Shown here: piece after piece, positions 20,808-30,309 of the stretch
Numbering within the stretch: position 1 is the stretch's first letter
Layout of the letters: every line of letters starts with the position of its first letter
NCBI GenBank assembly: GCA_965225945.1
Contig: CBDDBZ010000032.1
Coordinates: forward strand, 224,001-288,000
DNA: 64,000 bases
Direction: 5' to 3'
Source: Alphaproteobacteria bacterium
Lineage (GTDB): Bacteria; Pseudomonadota; Alphaproteobacteria; GCA-2731375
Notes under the pieces: generated by a model
What the model saw: the letters and a program-made list of their open reading frames with translations, nothing else
The model's database searches: none
Told to the model about the DNA's origin: nothing
Made by a program: the position numbers and the translations under genes

Positions 20808-20965
20808 GGCGCGTGGATAAAGCGCTCTGGCGACCTGCCAAGGCTCGCCGACCGCTCGGGTGGTTGGGCGGGGGAGCGGGCTGGCCGGGCCAGGCCACGC
20901 CGAAGGCGTGGCGACAAAGACTCACGGGAGAGCGGGCCGGCCTGGGCGACTTTCGGGTCAGACCC

Positions 20966-23245
20966 TCAGAGCGCGATGCCTTCCTCGCGGGCGAAGGCCT
21001 CCAGCCGCTCGCGGCAGCTCGGGTCGGGCAGCTCGATCAGCGCCTCGACGAAGGGGCCGAGGCGGGCGAGGTCGACGCCGCGCACCATCCGTTTCACCGG
21101 TCCGATCGAGGCGGCGGCCATGGAAATGGCGCGAAAGCCGAGGCCGATCAGGGCCAGGGCCTCGATCGGCCGGCCGGCCGCGTCGCCACAGACGCTCAGC
21201 GGAATATCCGCCGCCTCGCAGCGCACGACGACGTCGCGCAACAGGCCGAGGGCGGCCGGACTCAGCACGCCGTAACGTCCCGCGAGCCGGGGATTGCCGC
21301 GGTCGCTGGCGAACAGGAACTGCATCAAATCGTTGCTGCCGATGGAGATGAAATCGACCTCCCCCAACAGCGTCGGCAATTGCCAGACCAGGGCCGGCAC
21401 CTCGAGCATGGTGCCCACCCGGATCCGGACCGGCAACGCCTCGTCCAGCTTGCGCTGGCGCCGCACCTCGCGGTCGAGCAGCGCGCGGGCTTGGCGAAAC
21501 TCGGCGACGTCGGCGATCATCGGGAACATGACGTTGAGCCGGCGCCCCGCCGCCGCGCGAAGCAGCGCGCGAAGCTGCATCCTGAGCAGGACCGGCCGGT
21601 CGAGCGAGAGGCGAATCGCCCGCCACCCCATCGCCGGGTTGGGCTCGTCGTGGCGGGCGAGGTAGGGCAGCACCTTGTCGCCGCCGACGTCGAGGGTGCG
21701 GAACAGCACCGGCCGTTCGCCGGCGGCATCGAGGACCTGGCCATAGAGGCTCGCCTGCGCGGCGACGTTGGGCATGGTCGCGCGAACCATGAAGTGCAGC
21801 TCGGTCCGATAGAGCCCGATGCCGTCGGCGCCGGTCTCCGCGAAGTGCGTTAGATCCACCAGCAGACCCGCGTTCATGGCGAGCTCGATGCGGACGCCGT
21901 CCTTGGTCTCGCCGGGCAGGTCGCGGAGCACGTCATATTGCGCGACCTCCGCCTCCCGGTTCGCCAGGCTTTGCGCGAAGGCGGCCTCGACGTCGGCGGC
22001 GGGGCGGAGGAAGACTTGGCTATGATCGCCGTCGACCAGGATGGTGTCGCCCGGATCGACGTGTTCGAGCAGGCGATCGATCCGCCCGATCACCGGAATT
22101 TGCAAGGCCCGGGCGACGATGGCGACATGGGCGATGGGCGAGCCCTCCTCCAGCACCAGGGCGCGCAGACGCGACTCGCCATAATCCAGCAGCTCCGCCG
22201 GCCCGAGGTTGTGGGCGACCAGGACGGCGTCGTCGGGAAGCGCGTCGGCGGCGGCGGAATCGGCGTGGCCGGTGAGCGTCCGCAGCAGCCGGTTGGAGAG
22301 GTCGTCGAGATCGTGCAGGCGTTCGCGCAGATAGGGATCGGCGATCTCGGCCATCCGGTTCCGATTCTCGACCTGGACCCGCTCGACCGCCGCCTCGGCG
22401 GTGAACCCGCCCACGATCGCGCTCTCCATGCGCGCGACCCAGCCGCGGTCGTGGGCGAACATGCGATAGGTCTCGAGAATCTCTCGGCTTTCGCCCCCGG
22501 GCTCGGCGATCGCCATCCTCAACATGGTCTCGATCTGCGCCCGCAGGGCCTCGATCCCGACGCGAAGCCGTTCGGACTCCTGCGCCGGATCGTCGGCGAC
22601 GTGGCGTTCGACGACGATGCGCGGTTGGTGTAGCACCGCCGTGCCGCGGGCCAGCCCCTCGTTGAAGACAGTACCGGCGAGCCGCGCCGGCAGGCCGGTC
22701 ATGCCCTCCCTCGCCGTCGCCTCGCCGCCGGCGCGGAGCAGGCTCGCGACCATCTCGGCCAGCACCATGGCGATGGTCAGCATCGCCTCGATCTCGTCGT
22801 CGTTGTAGTCCCGAAGCGTGCGGTTCTGCACTACCAGCACGCCCACCTCGCGACCGCCGCGCAGGATCGGCACGCCCATCAGCGAGTGATAGATCTCCTC
22901 CCCGGTTTCCGGGCGATAGGCGAAGTTGGGGTGGGATTGGGCGTCGGAAAGCGCCAGCGGGCGGCCGCGCGCGGCGATCAGTCCGACCAGCCCCTCGCCC
23001 GGCGCGAGGCGGGTGCGGTGCACGGCCTCGGGGTTCAGGCCCTCGGTGGCGAACAGCTCCAACATGCCGTCGCGGATCAGATAGACCGAGCAGACCTCGG
23101 CGATCATGTTGGCGGCGATCACGCGGACGACCTGGTCCAGGCGCTCCTGCGCGCTGCCGGAACCGGCCATCACCTCGCGCAGGCGGCGCAGCAACACCCG
23201 GGGACCGGTGGCGCTGGGGGCGTCGGCCGTGTTGCTCCAGTACAT
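20966..23245 (-). CDS. ptsP: PEP-protein phosphotransferase EI-Ntr
   Basis: N-terminal GAF (AEVCSVY, YRPETGEEIY), GSPIAHVAIVARA phospho-His motif, GLYRTE, EPNPAMGWR, IGSNDL. Confidence 0.97.
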   Translation of the reverse strand: MYWSNTADAPSATGPRVLLRRLREVMAGSGSAQERLDQVVRVIAANMIAEVCSVYLIRDGMLELFATEGLNPEAVHRTRLAPGEGLVGLIAARGRPLALSDAQSHPNFAYRPETGEEIYHSLMGVPILRGGREVGVLVVQNRTLRDYNDDEIEAMLTIAMVLAEMVASLLRAGGEATAREGMTGLPARLAGTVFNEGLARGTAVLHQPRIVVERHVADDPAQESERLRVGIEALRAQIETMLRMAIAEPGGESREILETYRMFAHDRGWVARMESAIVGGFTAEAAVERVQVENRNRMAEIADPYLRERLHDLDDLSNRLLRTLTGHADSAAADALPDDAVLVAHNLGPAELLDYGESRLRALVLEEGSPIAHVAIVARALQIPVIGRIDRLLEHVDPGDTILVDGDHSQVFLRPAADVEAAFAQSLANREAEVAQYDVLRDLPGETKDGVRIELAMNAGLLVDLTHFAETGADGIGLYRTELHFMVRATMPNVAAQASLYGQVLDAAGERPVLFRTLDVGGDKVLPYLARHDEPNPAMGWRAIRLSLDRPVLLRMQLRALLRAAAGRRLNVMFPMIADVAEFRQARALLDREVRRQRKLDEALPVRIRVGTMLEVPALVWQLPTLLGEVDFISIGSNDLMQFLFASDRGNPRLAGRYGVLSPAALGLLRDVVVRCEAADIPLSVCGDAAGRPIEALALIGLGFRAISMAAASIGPVKRMVRGVDLARLGPFVEALIELPDPSCRERLEAFAREEGIAL

Positions 23246-23296
23246 TCCCCGTCCCCGTGTTCGGGTTCGCGCCGTCTCGAAGCCGCGAGGCGGGCT

Positions 23297-24517
23297 TCAG
23301 GCGGCGTCGAGACCATAGGCGCTGTGCAGCGCGCGGACCGCGAGTTCGGTGTATTCCGCGGCGACCAGCACGCTGATCTTTATCTCCGAGGTCGAAATCG
23401 CCTGGATGTTGATGCCGCGTTCGGCCAAGGTCTGAAACATCCGCTTGGCGACGCCGGCGTGGCTGCGCATGCCGACACCGATGACCGAGATCTTGACCAC
23501 TTCGGCGTCGGCGATGACGGAGTGGTGGCCCAGCTCTTCCCGCGCCGCCTCCAGGCAGGCGAGCGCCTGCTCGACGTCGCCGCGCTCGACCGTGAAGGTG
23601 ATGTCGGCGCTTTGGCCGTCGGGCGAGGCGCTCTGCACGATCATGTCGACGTTGATGTTGGCATCGGCCAGCGGGCCGAAGATCGCCGCCGCCACGCCCG
23701 GCCGGTCGGCGACGGCGAGGATGGTGACCTTCGCCTCGGCGCTGGAGTAGGTGATGGCGCTCACGACTTCGAATTCCACGATCTCGTCCTCGTCGACGAC
23801 CAATGTCCCCGGGGCGTCGGAAAAGCTGGAGCGCACCTGCACCCGAACCCGATGGTTCATGGCGATCTCGACCGATCGCGTCTGCAGGACCCTGGCCCCT
23901 TGCGAGGTCAGCTCCAGCATCTCCTCGTAAGTAATCCTATCAATCTTGCGGGCCCGGGTCACGATGCGCGGATCGGCCGTATAGACGCCATCGACATCGG
24001 TGTAGATGTCGCACCGCTCGGCCCCAATCGCGGCGGCCAGCGCCACCGCCGAGGTGTCCGAGCCGCCCCGGCCGAGGGTGGTGATCCGGCCGTCGGGGCC
24101 TAGGCCCTGGAAACCGGCGATCACCGCGACTTGGCCCTCGTCGAGGCAGCGGGTGATCTCGCCGGCGTCGATCTCGGCGATGCGGGCGCTGCCGTGGATG
24201 CCATCGGTGCGCACCGGCACCTGCCAGCCGAGCCAGGATCGGGCCTGGACGCCCTGGTCCTGCAGCATCATCGCCAACAGCCCGACCGTCATCTGCTCGC
24301 CGGCGGAGACGACGACGTCGTATTCCCGGGCATCGTGGAGGCGCGAGGCCTCGCGGGTCCACTCGATCAGCTGGTTGGTGGTCCCGGCCATGGCGGAGAC
24401 CACGACGGCGACCCGGTCGCCATCCTCGACGGCCACCTTGACGCGCGTTGCGACATTGCGAATGTGGCTGATATCGGCCACCGAGCTGCCGCCGAATTTC
24501 TGCACCATCCGCGCCAT
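23297..24517 (-). CDS. lysC: Aspartate kinase
   Basis: VQKFGGSSV, TLGRGGSDTSAV, DVDGVYTADP, ACT domains, ISTSEIKIS. Confidence 0.97.
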   Translation of the reverse strand: MARMVQKFGGSSVADISHIRNVATRVKVAVEDGDRVAVVVSAMAGTTNQLIEWTREASRLHDAREYDVVVSAGEQMTVGLLAMMLQDQGVQARSWLGWQVPVRTDGIHGSARIAEIDAGEITRCLDEGQVAVIAGFQGLGPDGRITTLGRGGSDTSAVALAAAIGAERCDIYTDVDGVYTADPRIVTRARKIDRITYEEMLELTSQGARVLQTRSVEIAMNHRVRVQVRSSFSDAPGTLVVDEDEIVEFEVVSAITYSSAEAKVTILAVADRPGVAAAIFGPLADANINVDMIVQSASPDGQSADITFTVERGDVEQALACLEAAREELGHHSVIADAEVVKISVIGVGMRSHAGVAKRMFQTLAERGINIQAISTSEIKISVLVAAEYTELAVRALHSAYGLDAA

Positions 24518-24647
24518 GTTCCGTCTCGATCTGGGCCGCCGACGCGGCCTCGAAAGATGCACCCGATCGGGGACGGCGACCTTGTCCGGTCGAGGTGGCG
24601 TATACATACTCATCCGCCTTCGGGGTGACAAGCCGAGAGCCCCGGAG

Positions 24648-24693
24648 GAGAGCCGGGGGGAGAGCCGGGGGAAGAGCCGGGGGAAGAGCCGGG
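24648..24693. repeat. 12-bp G-rich tandem repeat (~4 copies) just before ubiG start
   Basis: (g/a)agagccggggg units. Confidence 0.85.
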
Positions 24694-25446
24694 ATGGTCC
24701 GCGCCGAGAGCCGAGCGGAGGTGGCAAGCGTCGACCGCGACGAGGTCGCGCGCTTCGAGCGAATCGCGGACGCGTGGTGGGACGAGGACGGCCCGCAACG
24801 TCCGCTGCATCGCCTCAACCCCACGCGACTCGCCTTCCTGAGAGCCCGCCTGGTCGCGCATTTCGACCGCGATCCCGCGAGCCCGCGGCCGCTCGAGGGG
24901 TTGGACATCGTCGATGTCGGCTGTGGCGGCGGCCTGGCGACGGAGCCCCTGGCGCGTCTCGGCGCGGCGATGGTCGGGATCGACCCCGGGCCCGAGATTA
25001 TCCGGGTGGCGCGGGCGCACGGGTCCGCGATGGGGCTCGAGATCGACTACCGGGTGGCGACCGCCGAAGCACTATTGGCGGCCGGCGCGCGCTACGACGT
25101 CGTCGTCTCGTTGGAAGTGGTGGAGCACGTCGGCGACCTCGCCGGCTTTCTCGATGCCTGCGCCGGCCTGGTTCGCCCCGGAGGCGCCGCCGCCTTCGCC
25201 ACGCTCAACCGGACCGCGAAGTCCCTGGCCCTGGCCATCGTCGGGGCCGAGTACCTCTTGCGTTGGGTGCCGCGGGGAACGCACGACTGGCGCCGCTTCG
25301 TCCGCCCGGCGGAACTCCGCCGCCACCTGGCGCGGGGTGGCCTGCGCCTGCACTCGGTCGCCGGGATCGGCTTCGACCCGCTCGCCGGCGAATGGCGGGA
25401 GACGAGGGATACCGCCGTCAACTACATGGCCTTCGCGGTGAAGTGA
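24694..25446 (+). CDS. ubiG: Ubiquinone biosynthesis O-methyltransferase
   Basis: WWDEDG..LHRLNPTR, DVGCGGG, LEVVEHV, GAEYLLRWVPRGTHDW. Confidence 0.95.
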   Translation: MVRAESRAEVASVDRDEVARFERIADAWWDEDGPQRPLHRLNPTRLAFLRARLVAHFDRDPASPRPLEGLDIVDVGCGGGLATEPLARLGAAMVGIDPGPEIIRVARAHGSAMGLEIDYRVATAEALLAAGARYDVVVSLEVVEHVGDLAGFLDACAGLVRPGGAAAFATLNRTAKSLALAIVGAEYLLRWVPRGTHDWRRFVRPAELRRHLARGGLRLHSVAGIGFDPLAGEWRETRDTAVNYMAFAVK

Positions 25447-25485
25447 TCGCGGGTGGCGGGCGGTTCCGTCGGATCGTGGACGCCT

Positions 25486-25905
25486 CTAGTGCTCGGCGCG
25501 GGGCAGCCAGGGGATGCGACCGAACTCGATCCCCTCCTCTTCCAGCTCCTTGGCGTCGCCGTCCGTGGCCTCGCCGTAGATGTCGCGCTTCTCGGTCTCG
25601 CCGTAGTGGATCTTGCGGGCCTCCTCGGCGAACTCCGGGCCGACGTAGTCACAGTTGCTCTCGACGTGCTCGCGCATCTTCGAGAGCATCGCCATGGCGG
25701 CCGCCGCCTTTTGCTCTTCGCGCCCGGCTTCCTTGCGCTTGGAGGTGGCGACGTTCGGCGCCATCAACGCCTTCTCGACATCGCTCGCGCCACAGACCGG
25801 GCAACGGATTTCATCCCCGCGGCGCTGCCGCTCGAAGGCCTTGCTGTCCGGAAACCACCCCTCGAAGGGGTGGTCATGCGCGCACTTGAGATCGAACAGG
25901 ATCAT
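25486..25905 (-). CDS. DUF1178 family protein
   Basis: C..DHPFEGWF, CPVCG, KALMAP, FAEEARKIHYGE. Confidence 0.9.
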   Translation of the reverse strand: MILFDLKCAHDHPFEGWFPDSKAFERQRRGDEIRCPVCGASDVEKALMAPNVATSKRKEAGREEQKAAAAMAMLSKMREHVESNCDYVGPEFAEEARKIHYGETEKRDIYGEATDGDAKELEEEGIEFGRIPWLPRAEH

Positions 25906-26016
25906 CGCCGCAATCCACTTCACTGGTCCGCACGCCCGAGGCGACGCGCTCGCAAGCTCTATGTAATATCTTTTAACAGTAAATTGAACAAACGATTAAG
26001 GCCAACGAGCGAGACC

Positions 26017-26589
26017 ATGGCGCCTCGTCACCACGATGGCGGGCCGGACGGGCCGAGCCCCTGGATACGACGGTTCGCGCCGCTCGCCATGCCGGGCGGT
26101 ACGGTGTTGGACCTGGCCTCGGGGCGTGGCCGCCATGGGCGATATTTCCGCGCGCGCGGCCATCCGATCACCTTCGCCGACATCGACGTCTCCGGCCTCG
26201 CCGACCTGGCGGCGGCGAGCGGCGTCGAAATCGTGGCTGGCGACCTCGAGGGCGCGGCGCCCTGGCCGTTCGCGGGACGTCAATTCGACGTCATCGTGGT
26301 CGTAAACTACCTTTTTCGGCCGCATTTTCCGCTCTATGTGCAGGCCTTGGCGCCGGGCGGGCTGCTGCTGCACGAGACCTTCGCCCACGGCAACGAGCGG
26401 CATGGCCGGCCGCGCAAGCCGGATTTCCTGCTCCGGCCGGGCGAGTTGGCGGCGGAATACGGTGAGCGGCTCCACGTCGTCGCCTACGAACACGGGCTGG
26501 AGACGGCGCCGAGGCCCGCCGTCCGCCAGCGGATCGCCTGCGTCGACCGGGCGCCGCCCGTGGCTATTCCGCCGCCTGACGCCCCGTGA
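26017..26589 (+). CDS. Class I SAM-dependent methyltransferase (TehB-like)
   Basis: PSPWIRRF, VLDLASGRGRH, VVNYLFRP, ETFAHGNE. Confidence 0.85.
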   Translation: MAPRHHDGGPDGPSPWIRRFAPLAMPGGTVLDLASGRGRHGRYFRARGHPITFADIDVSGLADLAAASGVEIVAGDLEGAAPWPFAGRQFDVIVVVNYLFRPHFPLYVQALAPGGLLLHETFAHGNERHGRPRKPDFLLRPGELAAEYGERLHVVAYEHGLETAPRPAVRQRIACVDRAPPVAIPPPDAP

Positions 26590-27412
26590 GCGGCGGGGGC
26601 ACGGCGATGGGCCGATCGTGCTCCAGCGAGGGCACCCGGCCGCGCGCCTCGGCGATCCGGTCGGTGTCGATTTCGGCGCTGAAGATGCCGACCTCCTCGC
26701 CGGCGTCGAGCAACACTTCGCCCCAAGGCGCGACGACGAGCGAATGGCCATGGGTCTTGCGGTTCCCGACGTGCACCCCGGTCTGTGCCGGGGCGATCAC
26801 GAAGCAACCGGTCTCGATCGCCCGCGCCCGGAGCAGGATTTCCCAGTGGGCCCGCCCGGTGACGCGGGTGAAGGCCGACGGCACGGTGAGGAAATCGGCG
26901 TTCGCTTGGGCCAGCGCGCGATAGAGCGCGGGAAAGCGCATGTCGTAACAAACCGTCATCCCCAGGACGCCCCACGGGAGCCGGGCCAAGGCGGTCTCGC
27001 CGCCCGGCCGGTAGCTGCGGCTTTCCAGGTAACTTTCGCCGTCCGGCAGGCTGACGTCGAACATGTGCATCTTATCGTAGCGTTGCACCAAGGCGCCCGA
27101 GGGATCGAACAGGAGGGAGCGGTTGGCCATCCGCCCGTCCTCGGCGGCGACGGCGATGGAGCCGGCGAGGAACCAGGCCCCGGTCTCGGCCGCGAGCTCG
27201 GCGAAGGCGAGCCGGGCCGGGTGTTCGTCCTCGGCCACCGCGTGAGCCCTGACGGCGGCGCCCCGATCCATCAGCGAGACGTTTTCCGGCGTGGTGATGA
27301 ATTCCGCGCCTCCGTCGCGCGCCCGGCGGGTCATCGCGGCCACCATCTCGATGTTGGCGGCCATGTCGTCGCCGGTGGTGATCTGCAGGCAGGCGAGTTT
27401 GAAGCGGCTCAT
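26564..27412 (-). CDS. Carbon-nitrogen hydrolase (Nit1-like deaminated glutathione amidase)
   Basis: TPEN, YDKMHMFDV, VCYDMRFP triad, RARAIET. Confidence 0.92.
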   Translation of the reverse strand: MSRFKLACLQITTGDDMAANIEMVAAMTRRARDGGAEFITTPENVSLMDRGAAVRAHAVAEDEHPARLAFAELAAETGAWFLAGSIAVAAEDGRMANRSLLFDPSGALVQRYDKMHMFDVSLPDGESYLESRSYRPGGETALARLPWGVLGMTVCYDMRFPALYRALAQANADFLTVPSAFTRVTGRAHWEILLRARAIETGCFVIAPAQTGVHVGNRKTHGHSLVVAPWGEVLLDAGEEVGIFSAEIDTDRIAEARGRVPSLEHDRPIAVPPPLTGRQAAE

Positions 27413-27687
27413 CGCGCGGCCTCCCCGCCCTTGCCGGCGAGCAGGGCATCGAGCTCGCCGGCGCGATCCAGCGCCGCCAGATTGTCCCAGCCGCCGACGT
27501 GACGCGCGCCGATGAAGATCTGCGGCACCGTGTGGTGTCCCTCGGCCCGGCGCATCATCTCAGTCCGGGCACCGGCGGTGAAGCCGATGTCGATTTCCTC
27601 GAACTCGGCACCCTTGGCCCCCAGCAACCGCTTCGCGCGCCAACAGAAGCCGCAGAACATCGAAGTGTAAATAGTGATTTCCGGCAA
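27409..27687 (-). CDS. grxC: Glutaredoxin 3
   Basis: CGFC, TVPQIFI, GG; TTG start after agagga RBS. Confidence 0.9.
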   Translation of the reverse strand: MPEITIYTSMFCGFCWRAKRLLGAKGAEFEEIDIGFTAGARTEMMRRAEGHHTVPQIFIGARHVGGWDNLAALDRAGELDALLAGKGGEAAR

Positions 27688-27755
27688 TTGACGTCCTCTT
27701 TGCCCAAGCTTGCGTTGCGAAGGTCGAGATCGATCCCCTTCGCGCCTAATGTAGA

Positions 27756-28529
27756 TCAACCACCGGGCCGCACAACCCGGGCCAGGGTCAGCACCTCGAT
27801 CCGCGCCGCGCCCGCACGCCTGAGCGCCCGGGCGCAGGCATTCACCGTGGCGCCGGTCGTCAACACGTCGTCTATCAGCACGACCGACCTGCCGCGCACC
27901 CTATCGCCGTGGCGGGAGGGGACGGCGAAGGCACCGCGGACGTTCAGCCGCCGCTCGCGCGGGTTCAGGCCTTGCTGCACGCGGGTGGCCTTGCGGCGGC
28001 GCAGCAGGTCCGGCGCTACCTCGACCCCCGACCGGCGGCCCAGCGCCAGCGCGAGCAGTGCCGACTGGTTGTAGCGCCGCAGCCAAAGTCGTCGCCGGTG
28101 GAGCGGCACCGGCGCGATCAGATCCGCCGCCGACAGCACTTCGCCGCCCACCCGCGCCAGCCAGTCGCCGTAGGTCCGCGCCGCGTCCGTCCGGTCGCCG
28201 TGCTTGAAGCCCAGCAGCAGCGGCCGGGAGGCGTCGTCGTAGACCACCACGGCCCGCGCCCGGTCGAAGCGCGGCGCCTCGCGTGCGCAGGCACCACAGA
28301 CCGCGCCCTCGCCCACCTCGTGGGGAAAGGGATAGCCGCAAATGCGGCAACATGGCTCGGCGATGAAACGAATCGCGCGCCAGCAGGCGACGCAAAGCCC
28401 GCCCTGTTCCGCCACCGGCGCCTGGCAGCCGAGGCAGCAGGGCGGTAGCACGACGTCGAGCAGGCGAGTCGCGACGGCCGTGAAGCGTGCGCGAAGCGGC
28501 GGGGAACCCGTTTTCCCGTGGAGCGCCAT
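27756..28529 (-). CDS. comF: ComF family protein
   Basis: Double zinc ribbon, PVPLH, RRYNQS, LIDDVLTTGAT. Confidence 0.92.
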   Translation of the reverse strand: MALHGKTGSPPLRARFTAVATRLLDVVLPPCCLGCQAPVAEQGGLCVACWRAIRFIAEPCCRICGYPFPHEVGEGAVCGACAREAPRFDRARAVVVYDDASRPLLLGFKHGDRTDAARTYGDWLARVGGEVLSAADLIAPVPLHRRRLWLRRYNQSALLALALGRRSGVEVAPDLLRRRKATRVQQGLNPRERRLNVRGAFAVPSRHGDRVRGRSVVLIDDVLTTGATVNACARALRRAGAARIEVLTLARVVRPGG

Positions 28530-28597
28530 CGGCCGTTTATGACTCGGGCCCGCGAGCCTGTCAAAATGGGTCCCCGTCCGTCCGCCCGGAACCCGCC

Positions 28598-29521
28598 ATG
28601 GCCGCCGATCCTCAAGCCCCTTTCGATCGCCGCCTGCTGCGGCGGCGCCGGGAGCGCCGGGCGGCGGATCTGGATGCGCACGACTTTCTTTTCGTCGAGG
28701 TGGCGGAACGACTGGCCGATCGCCTGCTCGACGTGGCTCGGCGCTTTCCGTTGGGCGTCGATCTCGGCTGTCATACCGGCCAGCTCGCCCGCGCGCTCGA
28801 AGGGAGTGGCCGGGTCGAGCGGCTGATCAGCGCCGATCTCGCAGCCGCGATGGCGCGGCGCGCGCCGCCGCCGCGCCTGGTGCTGGACGAGGAGGCGTTG
28901 CCCTTCGCCGAGGCCAGTCTCGACCTCGTGGCGAGCAGCCTGTCGCTCCACTGGGTGAACGACCTGCCGGGGACGCTGGCGCAGATCCGCCGGGCGCTGA
29001 AGCCGGATGGCCTGTTCCTGGCCGCGATTGTGGGGGCTTCGAGCCTCGAGGCGCTTCGACGCGCCCTGCTGCTGGCGGAAAGCGAGACCCTGGGCGGCGC
29101 CAGCCCTCGCGTCTCTCCCTTCGTCGAGCTGCGCGACGCCGGTGCCCTGCTGCAGCGCGCGGGCTTCAGCCTTCCCGTGGTCGACCGGGACCGCATCACG
29201 GTCCGCTACCGAGAGCCGGCGAAGCTGTTCCACGATCTCTCAGCGATGGGCGAGAGCAGCGTGCTGGTCGAGGCGCCGCGAGGGCTCGCGAGCCGGCGGA
29301 TGCTGGCCCGCGCGGCCGAGATCCTCGGCCAGGATGGTGGCGAGGGGGAGGGCGGCGCGGCCGTCGACTTCGAGGTGCTCTATCTCACCGCCTGGGCCCC
29401 GGCCGAGAGCCAGCCGCGCCCGCTTCCCCCGGGGAGCGCCACCGCCCGCCTGGCCGACGCGCTGGACACCACCGAAGCCCCCCTCGCGAGCGACGGCGAC
29501 ACGCGGCCGCGCCGGCGTTGA
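28598..29521 (+). CDS. SAM-dependent methyltransferase (BioC/NDUFAF5-like)
   Basis: DLGCHTG, LSLHWVNDLPG, PRVSPF, AGFSLPVVD. Confidence 0.9.
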   Translation: MAADPQAPFDRRLLRRRRERRAADLDAHDFLFVEVAERLADRLLDVARRFPLGVDLGCHTGQLARALEGSGRVERLISADLAAAMARRAPPPRLVLDEEALPFAEASLDLVASSLSLHWVNDLPGTLAQIRRALKPDGLFLAAIVGASSLEALRRALLLAESETLGGASPRVSPFVELRDAGALLQRAGFSLPVVDRDRITVRYREPAKLFHDLSAMGESSVLVEAPRGLASRRMLARAAEILGQDGGEGEGGAAVDFEVLYLTAWAPAESQPRPLPPGSATARLADALDTTEAPLASDGDTRPRRR

Positions 29522-29695
29522 GGCTCGATGGGGACGGTTTCACCTTCGAGGATTGCCGCGTATCCAGGCGAAATGGCGCGCCATTAGACTCCGCGTTGCA
29601 TCTGGGGTATCGATTCGTCGTTGAAAATCGGGCTCGACGCCGGTTCGGCGCGCCGGGCGCGGCGAACGGCCCACAACCCACGGGAGTTTCCCGAT

Positions 29696-30229
29696 ATGGC
29701 AGACCCCGCCAAGCGCTATTCCCTGATGCCGATCCCCCCGGTCGAGGAGCACACCAGCTACTTCGATGCCGGCCCGATCACGATCGGCGTCGAATACCGC
29801 CTGTTGAACGACGCGATCGTCAACCAGTACATGGAGGCCCAACAGCAGCCGATCGAGGTCCGCGACGGCATCGACGACCGCGGTGTCTCGCTGCATGTGT
29901 TCGCCACCCAGGACGACGGCGAACGGCTCGAGCGCCTGCGCTTCGACTGCTTCGACGAGGACCCGCACTACCACTATGTGGATTGGCGAGGCCAAGCCAA
30001 CGACATCGTGCCGATCGATGCCGTCGCCGACGGCGATCCGCTGACCTGGGCGCTCGATCGCATCCGCACCCGCCTGCCGCAGATGCTCGCGCGCGCCGGT
30101 GCCGGTGAGATCGCGCGGCGCGTCGACGCCTCGGCGCTCGAAGCGGTTCTGCCGCGGGTCTCCGAAGCGGCCTACCGCGCGCGCTATCACCACGACGACC
30201 AGGCGACGTTGAAGGGCGCGCTCGGCTGA
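29696..30229 (+). CDS. Hypothetical protein
   Basis: Host-like codon use, gggag RBS; GVSLHV..LRFDCF..PHYHY motif. Confidence 0.75.
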   Translation: MADPAKRYSLMPIPPVEEHTSYFDAGPITIGVEYRLLNDAIVNQYMEAQQQPIEVRDGIDDRGVSLHVFATQDDGERLERLRFDCFDEDPHYHYVDWRGQANDIVPIDAVADGDPLTWALDRIRTRLPQMLARAGAGEIARRVDASALEAVLPRVSEAAYRARYHHDDQATLKGALG

Positions 30230-30309
30230 CGGAATACCAACCGCCATAAATGGCGACTCCCCGGCCGCTCCGCTCGCCTGGCGAGTTTCGAGGGATCGGC
30301 GCGATTCCC

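Noticed and set aside
24648-24693. Link between the ubiG repeat unit gagagccggggg and the same 12-mer inside IS1595 (~55948)
   Set aside because: Short GC-rich match with no flanking homology; chance is a sufficient explanation
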